DNA of 64,000 bases from an uncultured beta proteobacterium (GCA_963754305.1 CAVWFR010000011.1:194505-258504), one strand, 5' to 3'; counted from the stretch's first letter, positions 18,779 to 28,141 are shown. Notes: generated by a model from the sequence alone, not told the origin. Numbers and translations: made by a program.

Positions 18779-19360
18779 ATGAACTGTTCTTCCCCGATCG
18801 CGCTATCGCGCCGCACCTTCCTCGGCCGCGCAGGCGCTGCAACGCTCTCGACCGCCGCCGTCGCCCTGCTTGCCGGCAACCAGGCCATCGCGCAAGGCGG
18901 CTCCGCCACCATGCAGGACGTAAACATCCTCAACGTCGCGCTCGGCCTCGAGCACGAGGCGATCAACGCGTATCAGCTCGGCGCGATGTCCGGCCTCCTG
19001 CAGAAGCCGGTCCTCGAGGTCGCGGTGCTCTTCCAGGGCCATCACAAGGGCCATCGGGACGCGCTGATCGCGACCATCCGGAAGATGGGCGGCACGCCGG
19101 TCGCGGAGAAATCGCTCGACGAGTACGCGAAAGCGCTGCGTGCCGACACGCTCAAGTCGCAGGGCGACATCCTCGAGCTCGCGGCGCGGCTCGAGCTCGG
19201 TGCGACCAACGCTTATCTCGGCGTGATTCCGGCGTTCAAGGACGCCGGGCTCGCCAAGGTCGCCGGCCGGCTCGCGGCGGACGAGACGATGCACTGGTCG
19301 ATCCTCTCGAATGCGATGGGCAAGCCGCTGCCGATGGCGGCGCTAACGTTCGGCGCGTAA
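18779..19360 (+). CDS. Tat-exported ferritin-like domain protein
   Basis: SRRTFL Tat motif; LEHEA..Y, H..H, LE.GA..AY, DE..H diiron-type ligands. Confidence 0.85.
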   Translation: MNCSSPIALSRRTFLGRAGAATLSTAAVALLAGNQAIAQGGSATMQDVNILNVALGLEHEAINAYQLGAMSGLLQKPVLEVAVLFQGHHKGHRDALIATIRKMGGTPVAEKSLDEYAKALRADTLKSQGDILELAARLELGATNAYLGVIPAFKDAGLAKVAGRLAADETMHWSILSNAMGKPLPMAALTFGA

Positions 19361-19365
19361 GCACG

Positions 19366-19403
19366 CCCCACCCGAACCCTCCTCCGTCCGGCGGGGGAGG
19401 GAG
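19366..19403. repeat. Short palindromic intergenic repeat (ccccacccgaaccctcc..ggggagggag)
   Basis: Hairpin between the ferritin-like and cytochrome c genes. Confidence 0.45.
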
Positions 19404-19409
19404 AAGGAG

Positions 19410-19769
19410 ATGACGATGATGCGCATCGTCCTCGCGGCGCTCGCCCTCGCCGGCGGCGCCGCGAACGCCGCGGATGCGGCGCGCGGGCGCGAGCTCTACG
19501 AGACCCGCTGCATCGCCTGCCACTCGATCGACGCGAATCGCGTCGGCCCCGCGCATCGCGGCGTCTTCGGCCGCAAGGCCGGCAGCGTCCGCGACTACGA
19601 CTATTCGCCGGCGCTCAGGAGCGCGCGCGTGGTCTGGAACACGCAATCGCTCGAGCGCTGGCTCGCCGACCCCGAGAAAACGATCCCCGGGCAGCGGATG
19701 GGCTACTCGGTCGCCGGGGCGGCCGACCGCGCCGATCTCGTGGCGTACCTGCGCACCCAGGCAGAGTAG
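19410..19769 (+). CDS. Class I cytochrome c (c2-like)
   Basis: Signal peptide, CIACH, GP.H.GVFGR.AG, PGQRM. Confidence 0.93.
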   Translation: MTMMRIVLAALALAGGAANAADAARGRELYETRCIACHSIDANRVGPAHRGVFGRKAGSVRDYDYSPALRSARVVWNTQSLERWLADPEKTIPGQRMGYSVAGAADRADLVAYLRTQAE

Positions 19770-19818
19770 CGGTCGCGCGGGCGGCAGACCGTAGAATGCG
19801 GGCCTCCCGGGGCCCGCA

Positions 19819-20964
19819 TTGCCGCTCGCGCTGATCTTCACCGTCACCGCTCTCACGCATCTCGCGTTCGCAGGCGCGCGCGTCTCGGTGGCGCTGCTCG
19901 CGCTGCACCTCGGCGCCTCGGCGGCGGTGGTCGGGGTGCTCGCCGCGCTGTTCGCGGCGCTGCCGATGTTCTTCGCCGTCCCGGCCGGCCGCGCGATCGA
20001 CCGCATCGGCGCGTTCAGGCCGATGCTCGCCGGCTCGGTGGCGGTCGCCGGCGGTTGCGTGGCCGCGTTCGTCTGGCCGACTTTGGAGGCGTTGTACGCG
20101 GTGACCGTCGTGATCGGGTCGGGCGCGATGCTGTCGCACATCGCCTCGAACAACATCGGCGGCTCGATCGGCACGCCGGCGGACCGGCCGCGCAACTTCA
20201 CCCTGATCGCGCTCGCGTTCTCGGTCGCGACCTTTGGCGGGCCGGTGCTCGCCGGCGTGGCGATCGACGGCCTCGGCCATGCGCGTGCCTTCCTCGTCCT
20301 CGGCATCGTGGCGGTCCTCTCGCTCTGCGCCATCATCGCCGGACGATCGCGGTTTCCCCCGCCCGCGCGCGCCGCCGGCCCGCGCGGGGAGCGCCGCATG
20401 ATCGATCTCCTCCGCGTCCGCGCCGTGCGCCACGTGCTCGGGGCCGGCGCACTCCTCGCGATGACCTGGGAGATCTTCGTATTCGCGGTGCCGATCTACG
20501 GCACCGGGCTCGGCCTGTCGGCGAGCACCATCGGCGCGATCCTCGGCGCGTTCGCCTTCGCGACCCTGGTCGTGCGCATGCTATTGCCGGCGATCGCGCG
20601 GCGCGCTCGCGAGTGGACGCTGATCGCAGTGGCCTATGCGGTCGCGGTGGCGGTGTTCGCCGCGTTTCCGCTGGTGCGGCAGGCGCCGCTCCTGATGGGG
20701 CTCGGGTTCGTGCTCGGCCTGGGGCTCGGCATGACGCAGCCGATGCTGATGTCGCTCCTCTACGCGGCGGCGCCGGAAGGACGCTCGGGCGAGGCGGTCG
20801 GCATCCGCACCGGCATCATCAGCCTCTCGCAGACCGCGATGCCGCTCTTCTTCGGCGCGATCGGCGCCGTGCTCGGGATCGCACCGGTCTTCTGGGCGAT
20901 GGCGCTCGTCCTCGCCGGCGGCACCGCTTTCGCGCGCGCGCGGGCGCGGCCCCCGGCCGAATGA
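19819..20964 (+). CDS. MFS transporter
   Basis: About 12 TM segments, GRAIDRIG motif A; TTG start after TAGAAT. Confidence 0.88.
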   Translation: MPLALIFTVTALTHLAFAGARVSVALLALHLGASAAVVGVLAALFAALPMFFAVPAGRAIDRIGAFRPMLAGSVAVAGGCVAAFVWPTLEALYAVTVVIGSGAMLSHIASNNIGGSIGTPADRPRNFTLIALAFSVATFGGPVLAGVAIDGLGHARAFLVLGIVAVLSLCAIIAGRSRFPPPARAAGPRGERRMIDLLRVRAVRHVLGAGALLAMTWEIFVFAVPIYGTGLGLSASTIGAILGAFAFATLVVRMLLPAIARRAREWTLIAVAYAVAVAVFAAFPLVRQAPLLMGLGFVLGLGLGMTQPMLMSLLYAAAPEGRSGEAVGIRTGIISLSQTAMPLFFGAIGAVLGIAPVFWAMALVLAGGTAFARARARPPAE

Positions 20965-21097
20965 CGACGTGCGCCTACGTGCGCACGCCGCTTTCGCGCG
21001 CGGCGCGCCCCACGACGATGCGGAAGACGTGATCAAGGCCGCCGACAAGGCGCTCTATCGAGCGAAGCGGGGCGGGCGGAACCGGGTCTCGCGCTAG
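20961..21097 (+). pseudogene. Relic of a diguanylate cyclase (start joined to last ~30 codons)
   Basis: ATG overlapping the MFS stop, then out-of-frame EDVIKAADKALYRAKRGGRNRVSR* (canonical GGDEF C-terminus). Confidence 0.75.
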
Positions 21098-21137
21098 CGC
21101 GGGATTCGCGCCGGTAGCGTCGAGACCAGCGAGCGCG

Positions 21138-22025
21138 CTACTCGCAGGAGAACTCGACCACCGTCGCGTCCGCGTCGCCGGTGCGATGACCGAGCCCGAT
21201 GCGCCCGCGCGCGCGGAGCATCAGCTCCTCGCGTCGCAGGCACACTTCGGCCTCGCCTGCGATCGCGACGAACGTGCCGTTCGAGCTGTGGTCGACGATG
21301 ACGAACTTGTCCCGGCGCTTCTCGATGCTCGCGTGCTGGCGCGAGGCCTTGCGGTCGCCGACGACGATGTCGCAGATCGCCTCGCGGCCGAGCCCGACCT
21401 GGCCGGAGCCGGCGCCGTCGAACCACAGCTCGCGGTCACCGTAGGCGAGCCGCAGCCGCGGGACGCGCTCCTCGCGAAAGCGCGTGCCGAGCGTGGTGAT
21501 CTCCTCGGAGTCCTGCCACACGAACTCGTAGATCTCCAGCGGCTCCCGCTTGCCCTTGACCGTGACGCGGTCGAGCATGCGCACCTTGTCGCGCGCGGGG
21601 CCGGCGAGACGCGCGACCACTTCCTGGGTGGCGATGATCTGGCCGACCTTGGCGAGCCCCGCGACGCGCGCGGCGGCATTCACGCAGTCGCCGTAGAGAT
21701 CGCCGGCGTCCTCGATCACCGCACCGTAGTGGCAGCCGACATGAATGCCGAGCGCGGGGCCGCCGAGCGCCGTCTGCTCGAGCACCCGTACGTGCATCGT
21801 GCGCGCGGCCTGGAGGGCCGCATCCGCGTCGACGAAGGCGCACATCAGCCCGTCGCCGGTCGACTTGATCACCCGGCCCTTGAGGTCGTTCGCCGCATGC
21901 TGCAGCAGCCGCAGGCAGCTCGCGACCCGCGCGAGCGCATGGGCGTCGCCGAGCTCCTCGTAGAGCCGCGTGCTGCCGCTGATGTCGACGAAGAGCACCG
22001 TGCAGAGCGAGGGGGCGGCGGCCAT
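21138..22025 (-). CDS. Class III adenylate cyclase with C-terminal FHA domain
   Basis: FVDISGST, KSTGDG, DLYGDCVNAAAR; FHA motifs LGR, ASRQHA, SSNGTFV. Confidence 0.92.
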   Translation of the reverse strand: MAAAPSLCTVLFVDISGSTRLYEELGDAHALARVASCLRLLQHAANDLKGRVIKSTGDGLMCAFVDADAALQAARTMHVRVLEQTALGGPALGIHVGCHYGAVIEDAGDLYGDCVNAAARVAGLAKVGQIIATQEVVARLAGPARDKVRMLDRVTVKGKREPLEIYEFVWQDSEEITTLGTRFREERVPRLRLAYGDRELWFDGAGSGQVGLGREAICDIVVGDRKASRQHASIEKRRDKFVIVDHSSNGTFVAIAGEAEVCLRREELMLRARGRIGLGHRTGDADATVVEFSCE

Positions 22026-22275
22026 TGGCGAAAGAGGACGTGGCGGGAAGAGGGTACGAGGTCGCCGCAGGCTAGGGGTTCAAGCGATCGGGGTTCAGAT
22101 TGGGGTCCAGCGATCGGGGTTTCGTGATAGGCGCTTTGCGAATGGTATAGGGAATGCCGGCGCGCGAAGGCGAAACCGGCGCTTGCCCGGACGGGGCCTA
22201 CCCCAAACGCTGCGGCGGCGGAAGCCGTCGAACGGCTAATGCAAACCGTCGATAAGGTGCCGTTCCTAAAGGCGA

Positions 22276-22305
22276 TTGACGCGGAATGGCACCCGCGCCT
22301 AGTAT
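22276..22305 (+). promoter_or_regulatory. Putative sigma70 promoter for the FecR-DUF3365-kinase operon
   Basis: TTGACG-N18-TAGTAT. Confidence 0.4.
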
Positions 22306-22408
22306 CAGCCGGTAGGCCCGCACCGGTCGCGCGGGCGGAGGTTTTCCGGCGGCTCGTGCGAGGGATTGAAGCGGGTGGTGTCGCGGGACGTCGGGAAAGG
22401 AACGGGGT

Positions 22409-23329
22409 TTGCGGGCAGGTCTCGCTCAGAGAGTGCTGGGAGCGCTGGCGCTGGCGGGCGTCGTTGCCGTTGCCGTCGCCGCGGAACCGCCGGCCGTCGT
22501 CACGCTGCTCGAGGGCCAGGCTGCGCTATTGCGCGGCATGGTGCGCTACGCGCTCGCCGAGGGCGTGCGGCTGCAGGCCGGCGACATCGTGGAGCTCGGC
22601 GACAAGGGCGCGGCGCAGGTCGAGTTCGCCGACGGGTTCGTCCTCAGCCTGGGCCCGAAGGCCCGCTTCTTCCTCGGAGTGCTCGCCACCCGGGCCGCGA
22701 AAACCGGCGGCATCTCCGATCTCTACATCATGCAAGGGTGGACGAAGCTCACGTCGGCGAAGACCGCGGCGCCGGTGCGCATCACGACGCCGATGTTCGG
22801 CATCGCCACGGCGGATGCGACGGCGGTGATGCAGCTTGCCGACGGCGAGGGCGCGCTATTCGTCGAAACGGGCGAGGTGCGCGTCGCCGAGGGGTTCGTG
22901 AAGGCCGGCCCCACCAGCGCGGTGCGGCTCAAGGGCGGCGAGTTCTTCGCCCGCAAGGTCGACACGAAAGGTGCGATCGCGGCGCGGCCCGCAGCGGCCT
23001 TCGTCACGGCGATGCCCAAGCCTTACCTGGACAACCTGCCACCGCGGCTCGCGAAGCACAAGGACCGCGAGGTCACGCCGCGGGCGACCGGCGACCTCGT
23101 TTACGCCGACGTCGAGTTCTGGCTCAAGGCGCCGCCGGAGATCAGACGCCCGCTCATGCAGCGCTTCATCCCGAAGGCGCACGACCTCGCTTTTCGCCAG
23201 GCCCTGGTCGCGAACCTGAAGTCCCACCCGGAGTGGGACCCGATCCTGTTCCCGGAAAAATACAAGCCGAAGCCGCCGCCCGAGCCCTCGACCGTGCAGG
23301 AAGCCGGCGGGCGGCGGCCCGCGAACTGA
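22409..23329 (+). CDS. Exported FecR-domain-like protein with helical C-terminal extension
   Basis: Signal peptide; VTLLEG, EGVRL..GDIV, VEFADG..L.LGP, ITTP, LFVETG; C-terminal HPEWDPILFPEKY. Confidence 0.75.
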   Translation: MRAGLAQRVLGALALAGVVAVAVAAEPPAVVTLLEGQAALLRGMVRYALAEGVRLQAGDIVELGDKGAAQVEFADGFVLSLGPKARFFLGVLATRAAKTGGISDLYIMQGWTKLTSAKTAAPVRITTPMFGIATADATAVMQLADGEGALFVETGEVRVAEGFVKAGPTSAVRLKGGEFFARKVDTKGAIAARPAAAFVTAMPKPYLDNLPPRLAKHKDREVTPRATGDLVYADVEFWLKAPPEIRRPLMQRFIPKAHDLAFRQALVANLKSHPEWDPILFPEKYKPKPPPEPSTVQEAGGRRPAN

Positions 23330-23354
23330 CGCGCCAGAAAGAGAGAGCTCCGAA

Positions 23355-24227
23355 ATGAAGCTGATCCTCAAGTTCAACATCGTGTTCATCGCGATCTTCC
23401 TGATCGGGCTGGGGGCGGCCGGCTACGTCTCTAACCAGCTGCTGCAGAACAACGCCCGCGAGGAAATCCTGCAGAACGCCCGCCTGGTGATGGAGACCTC
23501 GCTCGCGACGCGCGCCTACACCTCGGGCCAGATCCGCCCGCTCCTCGAGACGCAGATGAAGTACAGCTTCCTGCCGCAGTCGGTGCCGTCGTACTCGGCG
23601 CAGGAAGTGCTGGGGGGCTTGCGCAAGAAGTTCCCCGAGTACGCGTACAAGGAAGCGACGCTGAACCCGACCAACCCGCGCGACCGGGCGGTGGACTGGG
23701 AAGCCGATATCGTCAACCAGTTCCGCGCGAGCCCCGACCGGGCCGAGATCATCGGCGAGCGCGACACCCCCAGCGGCCGCTCGCTGTACATCGCGCGCCC
23801 GATCCAGATCAAGGACCCCAACTGTCTGCCATGCCACAGCACGGTCGACGCCGCGCCGAAGACCATGGTGGACAAATACGGTCCGGCGAACGGCTTCGGC
23901 TGGCAGCTGAACGAGATCATCGGCGCGCAGGTGGTGTCGGTGCCGACCGACGTGCCGATCCAGCGCGCGCAAGCCGCCTACCGCACGTTCATGATCTCGC
24001 TCACCGCGGTGTTCATCTTCATCGGCATCGCGCTCAACCTGATGCTGTTTGCCATGGTGATCCGGCCGGTGACGCGGCTCTCGAAGCTCGCCGACCAGGT
24101 GAGCATGGGCAGCATGGATGTCCCCGACTTCAACGTCGGCGCCAAGGACGAGATCGGCAAGCTCGCCGAGTCGTTCAACCGGATGAAGAAGAGCCTGGTG
24201 CAGGCGATGAAGATGCTGGAGGACTGA
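23355..24227 (+). CDS. Membrane sensor: TM - DUF3365 (Tll0287-like c-heme) - TM - HAMP, no output domain
   Basis: LNPTNPRD.A..WE, CLPCH heme-binding site, GFGW, second TM, HAMP (IRPVTRL..DEIGKLAESFNRM), stop about 13 aa later. Confidence 0.88.
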   Translation: MKLILKFNIVFIAIFLIGLGAAGYVSNQLLQNNAREEILQNARLVMETSLATRAYTSGQIRPLLETQMKYSFLPQSVPSYSAQEVLGGLRKKFPEYAYKEATLNPTNPRDRAVDWEADIVNQFRASPDRAEIIGERDTPSGRSLYIARPIQIKDPNCLPCHSTVDAAPKTMVDKYGPANGFGWQLNEIIGAQVVSVPTDVPIQRAQAAYRTFMISLTAVFIFIGIALNLMLFAMVIRPVTRLSKLADQVSMGSMDVPDFNVGAKDEIGKLAESFNRMKKSLVQAMKMLED

Positions 24228-24275
24228 TCACTTGATTCGGCACTGCAACGCGGGTCGCGCCGGCGGCGACGGACG

Positions 24276-25721
24276 ATGGCTACCGTAGACCGTCTCGGCA
24301 AGTACGAAGTCACCGAGGTGCTGGGCAAGGGCGCCATGGGGGTGGTGTACAAGGCGTTCGACCCGAACATCCGCCGCACGGTCGCGATCAAGACCATCCG
24401 GAAGGAACTGATCGAGGACGATCGCGGCCATTCGCTCCTCGCGCGGTTCAAGAACGAGGCGCAGGCCGCGGGCCGGCTCGCGCACCCGGGCATCGTCGGA
24501 GTGCACGAATACGGCGACGAAGGCGACCTCGCCTATATCGCGATGGAGTACGTGCAGGGAAACAGCCTGCGCGAATACTTCAACCGCGGCACGCGCTTCG
24601 AGACCCGCGACGTCGTGAGCATCACGGCGCAGCTCCTCGACGCGCTCGCCTACGCGCACGAGCAGGGCGTCTGGCACCGCGACATCAAGCCGGCCAACCT
24701 GATCATCATGACCAACGGCCGGCTGAAGATCGCCGACTTCGGGATCGCCCGCATCGACTCCTCGAACCTGACGCAGATCGGCGCGGTGATGGGCACCCCG
24801 GGGTACATGGCGCCCGAACAGTACGCCGGGCAGGACGTCGACTGGCGCGCCGACATCTTCGCCTCGGGCGTGGTGCTGTACCAGCTCCTGTGCGGGGTCA
24901 AGCCGTTCGCCGGCAGCACCGAAGCGGTCGCCTACAAGGTCTGCTACGAGCACCCGCCGCTGCCCTCGCAGGTCGACCTGGGGCGCGTTCCGGCGGCTTA
25001 CGATGCGGTGGTCGCAAAGGCGATCGAGAAGAAGCCCGTGAAGCGCTTCCAGAACACCAATGAGTTCCGCGCGGCGCTGCTCGCCGCCTATGCCGCGCCG
25101 CTCAGCCCGACGGTGTCCGAAGAGACGATCATCACCGAGATCATCCCGACGACGATCCGGGTCGAGCCGACGAGCCCTTCCAACGCCTCTCACTCGACCC
25201 CGAACGACGGCACGCCGTCCACGCCCAAGACCACGCAGCCGCCGCCGGGCTGGGACCCGGCGGTGCTGAAGGCGATCGAGGGCAACCTCGCGCGCTTCGT
25301 GGGACCGGTGGCCAAGGTCATGCTCAAGCGCGCCGCGCTGCAGACGACCGATGTCGATTCGGTCTACGGCATCCTCGGCGAGCAGCTCACGGGTGCCGAC
25401 GAGCAAAAGCAGTTCCTCGCCACCCGCGCCAAGGTTCCCGGCGCGCCGCCGCCGAAGGCGCTCGCGAGCACGCGCACCGTCGCGATCGAGGCCGGCACCA
25501 TGCTGGCGGCCAAGGCCGCCGGTGCGCCGCTCACCGCCGACATGATCGCACTCGCGACGCGCAAGCTCACCATTTACGTCGGTCCGATCGCGAAAGTGAT
25601 CGTCAAGAAGGCGGCCGGACAGGCTTCCACCTCGCGGCAGTTCTACCTGCTGCTCGCCGACAGCCTCAGCTCCGACGCCGAGCGCGCGAAGTTCCTCGAC
25701 GAGCTCGGCGCCGGGCACTAG
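24276..25721 (+). CDS. Hanks-type Ser/Thr protein kinase, soluble, with duplicated C-terminal helical repeat
   Basis: GKGAMG, VAIK, HRDIKPAN, DFG, GTPGYMAPE; Pro/Thr linker; repeats LARFVGPVAKVMLKRAA and LTIYVGPIAKVIVKKAA. Confidence 0.95.
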   Translation: MATVDRLGKYEVTEVLGKGAMGVVYKAFDPNIRRTVAIKTIRKELIEDDRGHSLLARFKNEAQAAGRLAHPGIVGVHEYGDEGDLAYIAMEYVQGNSLREYFNRGTRFETRDVVSITAQLLDALAYAHEQGVWHRDIKPANLIIMTNGRLKIADFGIARIDSSNLTQIGAVMGTPGYMAPEQYAGQDVDWRADIFASGVVLYQLLCGVKPFAGSTEAVAYKVCYEHPPLPSQVDLGRVPAAYDAVVAKAIEKKPVKRFQNTNEFRAALLAAYAAPLSPTVSEETIITEIIPTTIRVEPTSPSNASHSTPNDGTPSTPKTTQPPPGWDPAVLKAIEGNLARFVGPVAKVMLKRAALQTTDVDSVYGILGEQLTGADEQKQFLATRAKVPGAPPPKALASTRTVAIEAGTMLAAKAAGAPLTADMIALATRKLTIYVGPIAKVIVKKAAGQASTSRQFYLLLADSLSSDAERAKFLDELGAGH

Positions 25722-26595
25722 CGCGGCCGGAGCCGAGCAGGCGTTCGAGCGTCGCGGTCTCGCCGGGCGCGAGCGTCCCTTTCTCGAGCGCGATCGGAAC
25801 CACCCGCGACGCGAGCTCGCGGTAGAAGTCCAGCGTGCGCTCGTCGAGCGCCCCGAGCGCGCGCAAGTGCCGCTGGACGGTACCCGTGTCGCCGCGCGCG
25901 ATCGGGCCGGCCAGACCCGCCACGGTACCGGCTTGCGCGATCGCGTCGAGCGTGCCGCGCGCGAGCGGCACCAGCGCCGCGAGCGCCTCGCTCTCGGTCA
26001 TCCCGAAGCCCCGCCAGATCCGCACCGCTTCGTGCAGCAGCGTGGTGACGAACGGTGCGGCAAAGCTCCCGGCACAGTGGTAGAGCGCGCGGGCGCCATG
26101 AGGAAGCCGGATCGGTCGCGCGCCGAGCGCGTGCGCGAGCCGCTCGAGTGAGCCCGCGAGCGGCCCGTCGGCCTCGATCGCGACCGCACAGCCGGCGAGC
26201 CCCGCGAGCGCCGTCTCGGGATCGGCGAAGTTCTGTAGCGGGTGGAAACCACCGATCGCGGCGCCGCGCGCCGCCGCGGGCGCGAGCACCGCGACCTCGG
26301 TGGCGCCGCTGCAGTGCGCGACCGCCTGTCCGGTCCGCCAGACGAGCCCCGCGGCGGTCCGCGCGATCGCATCGTCGGGAACGGTGAGGAAGACGAGATC
26401 GGCGCCGTCCGCCGCCGCTTGCGGGCTCGCGCAAACGTTGCAACCCGCGACCGAGTCGGCGAGCGCGCGAGCGCGCTCGAAGGTGCGGCTTGCGACGCCC
26501 GTCACCGGATGTCCGGCACGGGCGAAGCCTCGCGCGAGCGCGCTCGCGACGCGGCCGGCACCGATGAAGGCGATCGCGGGAAGAGCGGCGGTCAT
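25666..26595 (-). CDS. Rossmann-like / DUF2520 oxidoreductase
   Basis: IGAGRV, TVPDDAI, HCSGA, FHPLQ, LYH, GPIARGD. Confidence 0.88.
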   Translation of the reverse strand: MTAALPAIAFIGAGRVASALARGFARAGHPVTGVASRTFERARALADSVAGCNVCASPQAAADGADLVFLTVPDDAIARTAAGLVWRTGQAVAHCSGATEVAVLAPAAARGAAIGGFHPLQNFADPETALAGLAGCAVAIEADGPLAGSLERLAHALGARPIRLPHGARALYHCAGSFAAPFVTTLLHEAVRIWRGFGMTESEALAALVPLARGTLDAIAQAGTVAGLAGPIARGDTGTVQRHLRALGALDERTLDFYRELASRVVPIALEKGTLAPGETATLERLLGSGRASARRRARRGTSRARRRS

Positions 26596-26693
26596 GCGGG
26601 CGTGCTCCGGAACCAGGCCGAACCGAGGCGGGAAAGCAAGCGGCCGGCGCCGCGCAAAGCGGGGCCGGCCGCGAGGAAAGGATCGGGAGTGCG

Positions 26694-27041
26694 CTACTTC
26701 AGGTGCTTGTTGACGAGCCGCGTCATCTCGAACATGTCCACCGACTTCTTGCCGCCGAAGACCTCGCGGAGGCGCTCGTCGGCGTGAATAAGGCGGCGAT
26801 TGATCGCGTCCTGGAGCTTGTTCTTCTTGATGTAGCCCCAGATCTTCTTGGTGATCTCGGTCCGCGCCTGCGCGATCGGTCCCACGACCGCGGCGAGCGC
26901 GGCACTCGGGGTCATCGGCTTCATGAACGCGGCATTCGGTTTGCGCTTGACGCCGGATTTCTTTTTCGCCGGCCGACGGGCAGCCATTTTCTTCGCGGCC
27001 TTCTTCGCAGTCTTTTTCGCGGACTTCTTCTTCGTCGCCAT
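26694..27041 (-). CDS. SWIB/MDM2 domain protein with Lys/Ala-rich histone H1-like N-tail
   Basis: MATKKKSAKKTAKKAAKK..; RTEITKKIWGYIKKNKLQD; GGAGG RBS. Confidence 0.92.
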   Translation of the reverse strand: MATKKKSAKKTAKKAAKKMAARRPAKKKSGVKRKPNAAFMKPMTPSAALAAVVGPIAQARTEITKKIWGYIKKNKLQDAINRRLIHADERLREVFGGKKSVDMFEMTRLVNKHLK

Positions 27042-27253
27042 CGTTAAACCTCCACTAGCGTGTTGTATTCGTCGAGTGTCTTTGATCTTGACCGTCTCTG
27101 CATCGCCGCCCTCGGGGGACTGGCTGGCGACGAGAGAATGCCCCAAGCGCGGGCCAACACGCAAGCGGTTTTTTCGAGCGGCGAGCCCGCTTTTCCCTCT
27201 GTAGCGGAGCCCGCCGAGTCGCCGCGCGCGCGTGTATGCTCGCGGCATCGAGA

Positions 27254-27333
27254 AAGAGAATCGCCGCCCTTAGCGGCGATTCAGCGAGCTTGGGCAGCGC
27301 GCGGGGGGCGTGCCCCCTCGTACCGTCAAGACT
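27254..27333. repeat. Dispersed double-hairpin repeat (family A), reverse orientation
   Basis: gaatcgccgcccttagcggcgattc..ggggggcgtgccccctcgtaccgtcaagact. Confidence 0.65.
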
Positions 27334-27350
27334 GTTCCGGAGGAACGCCG

Positions 27351-27980
27351 ATGAGAATGAGCTTTCGCGCTGCCGCCCTCGCCGGGGCGTTCGTCGCCGC
27401 TGCGATCGCCGCCGCGCCCGCCGTGGCGCAAGCGCCCGCTTCGCCGTCGCAACAGGCGGTTGCGACGTTCGCGGGCGGCTGCTTCTGGTGCATGGAGCCC
27501 CCCTACGACAAGCTCGCCGGGGTGATCTCGACCGTCTCGGGCTACATGGGGGGGACGAAGCGCAACCCCACCTACGAGGAAGTGTCAACCGGACGGACGG
27601 GCCACACCGAGGTCGTGCAGGTCGCCTACGACCCGTCGCAGGTTTCCTATGAAAAACTCCTCGAGGTGTACTGGCGCAACGTCGATCCGACGGTGAAGGA
27701 CCGTCAGTTCTGCGACGTCGGGTCGCAGTACCGGCCCGCGATCTTCTACCACTCCGACGAGCAGAAGCGGCTCGCGGAGGCGTCGAAGGCGGCGATCGAA
27801 CGGACCAAGCCCTTCAAGGATCCGATCGTCGTGCCCATCACGCAGGCCGGCGAGTTCTGGAAGGCGGAGGAGTACCACCAGGACTACTACAAGAAGAATC
27901 CGGTGCGGTACACCTACTACCGAACAGGGTGCGGAAGGGACGCGAGACTGAAGGAGTTATGGGGACGCGCCGGAGAATGA
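27351..27980 (+). CDS. msrA: Peptide methionine sulfoxide reductase MsrA (exported)
   Basis: Signal peptide; GGCFWC, GY.GG, H.EVV, AEEYHQDY. Confidence 0.95.
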   Translation: MRMSFRAAALAGAFVAAAIAAAPAVAQAPASPSQQAVATFAGGCFWCMEPPYDKLAGVISTVSGYMGGTKRNPTYEEVSTGRTGHTEVVQVAYDPSQVSYEKLLEVYWRNVDPTVKDRQFCDVGSQYRPAIFYHSDEQKRLAEASKAAIERTKPFKDPIVVPITQAGEFWKAEEYHQDYYKKNPVRYTYYRTGCGRDARLKELWGRAGE

Positions 27981-28004
27981 GCTCGGCATCCTGTGTCCCG
28001 ACAC

Positions 28005-28035
28005 GGGGGATCTACAAGGGCGCCGTGCCCCCTTG
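28005..28035. repeat. Repeat family B copy (gggggatctacaagggcgccgtgcc)
   Basis: Near-inverse of 29336-29361. Confidence 0.5.
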
Positions 28036-28141
28036 TTCGACGTGGGGCAATAGCGGCCCGGTTTGACCGCAACCTCCGGATGGCGGGGCCCGGGCAGCGC
28101 ACCTAGACTGCGCTCATCCGTCACCCGAGGACTCTTCCGCC

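Noticed and set aside
22075-22130. CRISPR-like array
   Set aside because: Units are 12-15 nt, degenerate, without spacers; no cas genes
25666-25721. 56-nt convergent overlap between kinase and DUF2520 gene as antisense regulation
   Set aside because: Likely simple stop-codon drift in GC-rich DNA
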